Part shown: positions 16,614 to 20,000 of the stretch, piece after piece
How positions within the stretch are numbered: position 1 is the first letter of the stretch
Layout of the letters: each line of letters opens with the position of its first letter
Source of the DNA: an uncultured bacterium
GTDB lineage: Bacteria > UBP4 > UBA4092
Assembly (NCBI GenBank): GCA_964644695.1
Contig: CAZXWN010000014.1
Span: forward strand, 52,239 to 72,238
Length of the DNA stretch: 20,000 bases
Reading direction: 5' to 3'
The notes under the pieces: generated by a model
Seen by the model: the letters and a program-made list of their open reading frames with translations, nothing else
Told to the model about the DNA's origin: nothing
Databases searched by the model: none
Position numbers and translations under genes: made by a program

Positions 16614-18212
16614 ATGTCTTTTATTCAAAAACACTTCATCCAATATCTTTTGATTGGGTGCTTGATCCTGATGAGCACCTGTTGTATTGCTCAGACAAAC
16701 GACGATGAGTCTTGGGATGATGAGAATACTTCAGTCCCTGCACAACCCATAATCTCATCCATACTCTTTTCAGGTAACAGCACTTACTCCGCCAATGAAT
16801 TATTAAAGGAAATTTCCTTTATACCCAATACCACATATTCCCGAACTTTAGTTTTGGAAGGCAAGTATTTCATCAGCAATTACTATGTGGACCGTGGTTA
16901 CAAATGGGTACAAGTTTCCACCGATATTTTCACAGGGGATACAACCGGTGATTTGACATTGAAATATTTCATCAATGAGGGACCTGTAACTCATATCGGA
17001 GATATTAATATCAAGGGTAATGACAAGACCAAAGATAAAGTCATCTATCGTGAACTTTTATTTTCCCCAGGTTCTCTTTACCGTCGAAAAGATATTTACA
17101 CTTCCCAAAATCGTTTAATTTCATTGAATTATTTCACAGATGTCCAATTTACAGAAGAAACAACAGCTTCAAATAATACGACTGTGAATATTACAATTGA
17201 GGTTGTCGAACGAGGCACGGGTTTATGGTCTTTTGGCGCTGGATATAGCACCGAAGAAGGCATCCGAGGATATACAAGGTACCGACAAAGCAATTTGTTC
17301 GGCAATGGACAACAATTCAGCACTGGAATTAAATGGGCTGAAATTGGGGAAACCTATCAACGCAGCAGAGAATTTAGAACGGACTTTTTTGACCCTTCAT
17401 TTCTTGATAGTAAGTTAGGGTTAGGATTAGAGACTTACTATCGGCGGGAAGATTTTGATAATTATGACATTAATCGCCTTGGATTCGGAGCCTATTTGAC
17501 TCAGTTATTTTGGGACAATCAAATTCGTGCCACTCTGAAATACCGTCTGGAACAAGATTATGTTTTTAATGTTGATAACATCATCGATCCTTATATGTTA
17601 TCGATCAACAAGACAACGGATTGGATTTCAATGGTAAGTGCCAGCTTGGAAAAGGATACTCGCAACTCTCTTATTAATCCTTCAAAGGGTGGTATCTACT
17701 CTTTGGAATGGGGGTTGTCTTCAAAGGCTTTTGGGAGTGATTACAATTACTCCAAGATTTTGATTGATTTAAGAAGATATCATGAAATCAAGCCAAAAGT
17801 AGTCCTTGCACTCCGCGCCCGAGCAGGACATATTGAGTCTTTTGGTGACACCCAGAGTATACCCATTTATGAGCGATTATATGGCGGTGGTGCAGACTCC
17901 GTACGCGGGATAAAAGACAGATACCTGGGCCCTGCTGATATGGATGGATACCCCAAAGGTGGAAATACCAGCCTGATTTATAACATGGAATTAAGATTCC
18001 CCGTATATAAGGATTTTGGGGGAGTTGCTTTCTATGATGGGGGTGGCGTCTGGGAAGATATAAGTGATGTTGATTTAACGGATCTTCACCACTCAGTGGG
18101 GATGGGACTTCGCTATATGACACCGATAGGTCCGCTTCGCGTTGACTATGGATATGAGGTGTCGGGTGGCAATGATAAAAGAATCCATTTCAGCGTTGGA
18201 CAAACCTTCTAA
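16614..18212 (+). CDS. Omp85/BamA/TamA-family outer-membrane protein with two POTRA domains
   Basis: Signal peptide. POTRA-like segments ISSILFSGNS...INEG and IGDINIKGNDKTKDKVIYREL...IEVVER. Barrel motifs FGAGYS, NLFGNGQ, YGGGADSVRG, ELRFP, GMGLRYMTPIGPLRVDYG, and terminal IHFSVGQTF. Confidence 0.92.
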   Translation: MSFIQKHFIQYLLIGCLILMSTCCIAQTNDDESWDDENTSVPAQPIISSILFSGNSTYSANELLKEISFIPNTTYSRTLVLEGKYFISNYYVDRGYKWVQVSTDIFTGDTTGDLTLKYFINEGPVTHIGDINIKGNDKTKDKVIYRELLFSPGSLYRRKDIYTSQNRLISLNYFTDVQFTEETTASNNTTVNITIEVVERGTGLWSFGAGYSTEEGIRGYTRYRQSNLFGNGQQFSTGIKWAEIGETYQRSREFRTDFFDPSFLDSKLGLGLETYYRREDFDNYDINRLGFGAYLTQLFWDNQIRATLKYRLEQDYVFNVDNIIDPYMLSINKTTDWISMVSASLEKDTRNSLINPSKGGIYSLEWGLSSKAFGSDYNYSKILIDLRRYHEIKPKVVLALRARAGHIESFGDTQSIPIYERLYGGGADSVRGIKDRYLGPADMDGYPKGGNTSLIYNMELRFPVYKDFGGVAFYDGGGVWEDISDVDLTDLHHSVGMGLRYMTPIGPLRVDYGYEVSGGNDKRIHFSVGQTF

Positions 18213-18252
18213 TCAGTAAATCTCTCATAAATCGCCAATTAGTATTGCAAGT

Positions 18253-18281
18253 TTGACACCTTGCCACAGGGGGCATATAAT
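18253..18281 (+). promoter_or_regulatory. Consensus sigma70 promoter
   Basis: TTGACA (18253-18258), 17-bp spacer, TATAAT (18276-18281), ending 26 nt before the ATG at 18308. Confidence 0.85.
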
Positions 18282-18307
18282 GAGGAATAGAGGACGATTC
18301 TCGTACT

Positions 18308-19234
18308 ATGAGAGAAAAATATCACTTACATTTAGGCGATAAAGAAATCATTGCGATCATTGTTAGAAATGGTCTTTTTGGCGGTCATTGGAAGAGGATG
18401 CGGGCAGATATGGAAAGTGGGAACTTAATATTTCCCGGAATTTCCCTTCCTTTAGTGGAAAACCTTCAGGACTTCGAGAGAAAACATCAATTAAACCTTA
18501 ATAGAGTTCTGTTTTCTGACCATTACTCTTATCGAACGATTGCGAGAGGTTTTTATCAGAAAGAAGATTCCGTTCATCGGATATGCTATGCCATTTGTCG
18601 TGGGATATTCAGTTATCCGTGTGTAGCCCAGGATAATCGCATTAACACTCAGGATCAAGAAGGGTCGGTGTGTCGTACATTTCTAGCCAGGCCACTTTAT
18701 ATTTGCCGTGGAGATGTAACACTTCCGATTTATAAAGGAGTTCATCGTATGTTACCAAACCCAGAGCAATTTAACAGTTCATCAGAAAATGATCAGGATA
18801 AATTGCTTGAACAATTAAATCGTATTCGTGAATGTTTCCCTTGTGATGACCAGAATTCTTGCCAGGACCATCAATATGTTATGCAGGCGACACAAGCTGT
18901 CATTCGGGAATATCAGTTGGAAAATTCTTTTGTTGGTAAACTTCTTGCCCGGTCGCTGTGTTGGATGACCGCAGAAGAATCGCGTTTGATGCAATTAATC
19001 GAAAAAGAGGGGCCAATGATTGATGGATCTCATCTCAATGATGACGATGAAGACCATGATGACTTTTTCCCAAACAACGAGAATGAAAGCTTTTATTCTG
19101 AAAGTTCAGATCCAGTATCAATTCCGTTGGAACCACATCCTTTGTTAGATGTACTTGATGATTTAAGGGAATCCATCAGGGACACAATACGTTTGATTCT
19201 TCAAATTAAGGAACGCGAAGAAAAGAACAGTTAA
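18308..19234 (+). CDS. Hypothetical protein (Cys-containing middle, acidic linker, helical C-terminus)
   Basis: 308-aa ORF with its own consensus promoter, SD GAGGA and downstream terminator. Confidence 0.8.
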   Translation: MREKYHLHLGDKEIIAIIVRNGLFGGHWKRMRADMESGNLIFPGISLPLVENLQDFERKHQLNLNRVLFSDHYSYRTIARGFYQKEDSVHRICYAICRGIFSYPCVAQDNRINTQDQEGSVCRTFLARPLYICRGDVTLPIYKGVHRMLPNPEQFNSSSENDQDKLLEQLNRIRECFPCDDQNSCQDHQYVMQATQAVIREYQLENSFVGKLLARSLCWMTAEESRLMQLIEKEGPMIDGSHLNDDDEDHDDFFPNNENESFYSESSDPVSIPLEPHPLLDVLDDLRESIRDTIRLILQIKEREEKNS

Positions 19235-19252
19235 CTAATTAGTTTTATACTT

Positions 19253-19288
19253 AACCCGAAGTGTTCATGAGCTTCGGGTTTAATTTTT
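19253..19288 (+). terminator. Intrinsic terminator
   Basis: Stem AACCCGAAG/CTTCGGGTT followed by TAATTTTT. Confidence 0.75.
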
Positions 19289-19364
19289 GTATAATTAATC
19301 GGTTATGTTTTCCTAATCAAGATATGGCATAATGTTTGCAGTTAATATATTGGGTGAGAAGAGT

Positions 19365-19955
19365 ATGAAAGAAAAAAATATACATATAACACTGATACTT
19401 ATTGGATTAATCACATTCATGGTGATTAACCAAGGGTATTCTCAGTCCATATCCTCTTCGACAACCACACGAAATGGTACATCTTCTGTACCAAAAAAGA
19501 CATATGAACCGGATAAAATGAGTCGCGAATATAAGTATTTAGAAAAAAAACGTAATAGCTTAGATAATGACTTAGATGAAAAGTCTAAGGAAATCTCTGA
19601 GTATAAAATTCGCATGAAAGACTCTTCGAATCCTTTTGTCCGCTGGAAAACCAGAATGGATATTCAACAAAAGGTAGAAGAAGTAGATGCTTCCAAAAAG
19701 CAATATAATGATGTTGAAAGCCGGCTTTATGAAATGCGAAAGAACGCAGATAAAAAGAACTTTGAATCAAAGCCACAAGATTCAAAACGAACGGATGAAA
19801 GAGAGTCTATTCGCTATTCACCTGCGCCTAGAACTTACCAATCTGGCTCTGACAAGTCAAAAGATGATCGGAATACTGACCGAATCAGAATAGACAAAGA
19901 GAAAGAGCCATCAGAACGAGAGAAGAAAGCTCCTATTATCATTTTCACCCGTTGA
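19365..19955 (+). CDS. Secreted/periplasmic charged coiled-coil hypothetical protein
   Basis: Signal-peptide-like MKEKNIHITLILIGLITFMVINQGYS from the ATG at 19365 (ORF track 19332). Lys/Glu/Arg-rich helical region and low-complexity tail. Confidence 0.75.
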   Translation: MKEKNIHITLILIGLITFMVINQGYSQSISSSTTTRNGTSSVPKKTYEPDKMSREYKYLEKKRNSLDNDLDEKSKEISEYKIRMKDSSNPFVRWKTRMDIQQKVEEVDASKKQYNDVESRLYEMRKNADKKNFESKPQDSKRTDERESIRYSPAPRTYQSGSDKSKDDRNTDRIRIDKEKEPSEREKKAPIIIFTR

Positions 19956-20000
19956 AGAGATATTTGAGGGTTAGTGGAAGGGGTGGACAGATGCCGTGGG

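Noticed and set aside
3363..19893. Remaining short ORFs nested in or antisense to the called genes (e.g. 7877-8203, 10936-11400, 11111-11482, 13708-13890, 17788-18123)
   Set aside because: They overlap better-supported CDSs or terminators and show no recognisable domains.
19976..20000. Possible start of an RNA gene (rnpB/tRNA) or next CDS (ATG at 19991 after GGGGTGG)
   Set aside because: Too little sequence before the window edge to support any call.
1..20000. CRISPR arrays, IS elements, integrases, known defence systems
   Set aside because: No regularly spaced repeats and no transposase, recombinase or nuclease motifs were seen.

Overview
Bacterial chromosomal window of about 42% GC (visual estimate) from a diderm organism. 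The solitary pseudopilin resembles a family I recall from Sumerlaeota/OLB16-like candidate phyla (inference). In order: a large secreted gingipain/PorU-like C25 peptidase on the minus strand, truncated by the window edge and missing from the ORF track; tRNA-Ser(TGA); a long U32-family RNA hydroxylase (RlhA-like); a DUF5009/HGSNAT-like membrane protein; a HAD hydrolase; four AT-rich small membrane-protein genes; a GC-rich structured intergenic element; bifunctional homocysteine methyltransferase/MTHFR (YitJ-like); a secreted hypothetical; a DUF362 protein; a small membrane protein; a short metG; a pilin/GspG-like protein; a 2-POTRA Omp85 paralog; and two hypotheticals. The most notable unannotated signals are three. 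(i) A 10-bp copy of the tRNA-Ser 3' end at 9438-9447 may bound a decayed integrase-less island of about 6.8 kb. (ii) A k-turn-like hairpin with a possible pseudoknot lies upstream of the methionine-recycling gene and matches no riboswitch I recognise. (iii) The opposite strand of that hairpin loop is complementary to a repeated ribosome-binding motif of two of the small membrane genes.
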